Below, piece by piece: positions 47,760 to 50,000 of a DNA stretch of 50,000 bases. The notes under the pieces were generated by a model. It did not search any database and had not been told where the DNA came from. It saw nothing but the letters and a program-made list of their open reading frames with translations. The DNA comes from Chiloscyllium plagiosum (Eukaryota), in contig NW_025214736.1 of assembly GCF_004010195.1 (NCBI RefSeq), forward strand, positions 1-50,000, in the 5' to 3' direction. Position 1 is the stretch's first letter; each line of letters begins with the position of its first letter. The translations under genes and the position numbers were made by a program.

Positions 47760-50000
47760 GCCCTGTGGCCCAACATTTCAACTCCCCCTCCCACTCTGCC
47801 GAGGACATGGAGGTCCTCCCTCACCACCTGACGCCTGGAGGAAGAACTACTCATCTTCCGCCTCAGAACACTTCAACCCCAGGACATCAATGTGGACTTC
47901 AACAGTTTCCTCATTTCCCTTCCCCCACCTCACCCCAGCGCATCAATGTGGACTTCAACGCGCAGCCCTCCAATCCCTCTGCTCCAATCCCGACTTCACC
48001 ATCAAGCCAACAGATAAAGGGGGCGCAGTGGTAGTCTGGTGCACTGACCTCTACACCGCTGAAGCCAAACGCCAACTTGAGGACACCTCTTCCTACTGCC
48101 CCCTCGACCATGACCCCACTCCCCATCACCAAACCATCATCTCCCAGACCATACAGAACCTCATCACCTCAGGAGATCTCCCACCCACAGCTTCCAACCT
48201 CATAGTCTGGGAACCCCGCACTGCCCGGTTCTACCTCCTTCCCAGGATCCACAAGTCTGACCATCCTGGCCGACCCATTGTCTCAGCATGCTCCTGCCCC
48301 ACTGAACTCAATTCTACCTACCTAGACACTGTCCTATCCCTCCTAATCCAGGAACTCCCCACATACGTTCAAGACACCACCCATACCCTCCACCTCCTCC
48401 AAGACTTCCGTTTTCCCGGCCCCCAACGTCTCATCTTCACCATGGATATCCAATCCCTCTACACCTCCATCCGCCATGACCAGGGCCTCCAAGCCCTCCG
48501 TTTTTTCCTCTCCCGACGTCCCCAACAGTACCCTTCCACTGACACTCTCATTCGTTTGGCCGAACTGGTCCTTATCCTTAACAATTTCTCCTTCGAATCC
48601 TCCCACTTCCTCCAGACCAAAGGGGTAGCCATGGGCACACGTATGGGCCTCAGCTATGCCTGTCTCTTTGTTGGCTCCATAGAGCAGTTGATGTTTAGTC
48701 ATTACACCGGCACCACACCCCACCTCTTCCTCCGCTACATTGATGACTGCATTGGCGCCACCTCGTGCTCCCGTGAGGAGGTTGAGCAATTCATCAACTT
48801 CACCAACACATTCCACCCTCACCTTAAATTTACCTGGACCATCTCTGACACATCCCTCCTCTTCCTGGACCTCTCCATCTCCATTAATGACGACCGACTT
48901 GACACTGACATTTTTTACAAACCCACCGACTCCCACAGCTACCTGTGGATTACACCTCTTCCCACCCTACCTCTTGCAAAAATGCCATCCCGTATTCCCA
49001 ATTCCCTCGCCTCCGCCGTATCTGCTCCCAAGAGGACCAGTTCCACCACAGAACACACCAGATGGCCTCCTTCTTTAGAGACCGCAATTTCCGTTCCCAC
49101 ATGGTTAAAGATGCCCTTCAATGCATCATGTCCACATCCCGCATCTCCCCCCTCATACCCCACCACTCCAACCGTAACAAGGACAGAACGCCCCTGGTGC
49201 TCACCTTCCACCCTACCAACCTTCGCATAAACCAAATCATTCACCGACATTTCCGCCACCTCCAAAAAGACCCCACCACCAGGGATATATTTCCCTCCCC
49301 ACCCCTTTCTGTGTTCCGCAAAGACCGTTCTCTCTGTGACTACCTGGTCAGATCCACGACCCCCCTACAACCCACCCTCCCATCCTGGCACCTTCCCCTG
49401 CTACCGCAGGAATTGCAAAGCCTGCGCCCACACCTCCTCCCTCACCTCCTTCCAAGGCCCTAAAGGAGCCTTCCACATCCATCAAAGTTTTACCTGCACA
49501 TCCACCAATATCATTTATTGTATCCGTTGCTCCCGATGCGGTCTCCTCTACATTGGGGAGACTGGACGCCTGGAGGAAGAACGCCTCATCTTCCGCCTTG
49601 GAACACTTCAACCCCAGGGCATCAATGTGGACTTCAACAGTTTCCTCATTTCCCCTTCCCCCACCTCACCCTAATTCCAAACTTCCAGCTCTGCACTGTC
49701 CCCCTGACTTGTCCTACTTGCCTATCTTCTTTTCCACCTATCCACTCCACTCTCCTCCCTGACCTTTCACCTTCATCCCCTCCCCCACTCACCTATTGTA
49801 TTCTGTGCTACTTTCTCCCCACCCACACCCTCCTCTAGCTTATCTCTCCACCCTTCAGGCTCTTTGCCTTTATTCCTGATGAAGGGCTTTTGCCTGAAAC
49901 GTCAATTTTACTGCTCCTCGGAAGCTGCCTGAACTACTGTGCTCTTCCAGCATCACTAATCCAGAATCTGGTTTCCAGCATCTGCAGTAATTGTTTTTAC
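47760..50000 (+). mobile_element. Penelope-like retroelement (Neptune-like), 5'-truncated and frameshifted, with RT and GIY-YIG endonuclease
   Basis: RT motifs IKPTDKGGAVVV, FYLLPRIHK..PGRPIVS, MDIQSLYTSI, GVAMG and RYIDD (48736-48747). Cys linker CYRRNCKAC and GIY-YIG motif NIIYCIRCSRCGLLYIGETGR. Frameshifts near 48944 and 49365. The 3' region (49563-49671) is repeated at the 5' end (47830-47936) as a pseudo-LTR. Confidence 0.92.
49870..49910 (+). ncRNA. Minimal type I hammerhead ribozyme motif in the Penelope tail
   Basis: CTGATGA (49876-49882), stem II aGGGC-TTTT-GCCT, then GAAAC-GTC (49896-49903). Such motifs are known in Penelope-like elements. Stem I looks degraded in this copy. Confidence 0.7.

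Overview
This is AT-rich, repeat-dense vertebrate DNA. The HE1-type SINEs, HER1/CR1 LINEs and Penelope tails point to a shark or other elasmobranch. The window holds the 5' part of IFIH1 (MDA5, a cytosolic dsRNA sensor) on the minus strand. Four exons join in frame at GT-AG sites (47457-46996, 30694-30517, 25185-24955, 2625-2524) and encode the tandem CARDs plus the acidic linker (324 aa). The helicase and CTD exons should lie to the left of the window. The putative promoter is compact (Inr, TATA-like box, ISRE, CRE, kB site), and a 5'-truncated Penelope-like element with RT, GIY-YIG and a hammerhead motif sits about 300 bp upstream of the ATG. The introns are filled with CR1, Tx1, SINE, Penelope and Harbinger fossils. 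The best leads are (1) a candidate intronic exon 259 nt after exon 3 whose stop overlaps an AATAAA, which would give a 302-aa CARD-only MDA5 or act as a poison exon, (2) a ~240-bp inverted duplication and a 50-bp hairpin that could form dsRNA inside the pre-mRNA of the dsRNA sensor itself, and (3) two nested inverted SINE pairs bracketing exon 2. All homology calls were made by eye from memory, and repeat boundaries are approximate.
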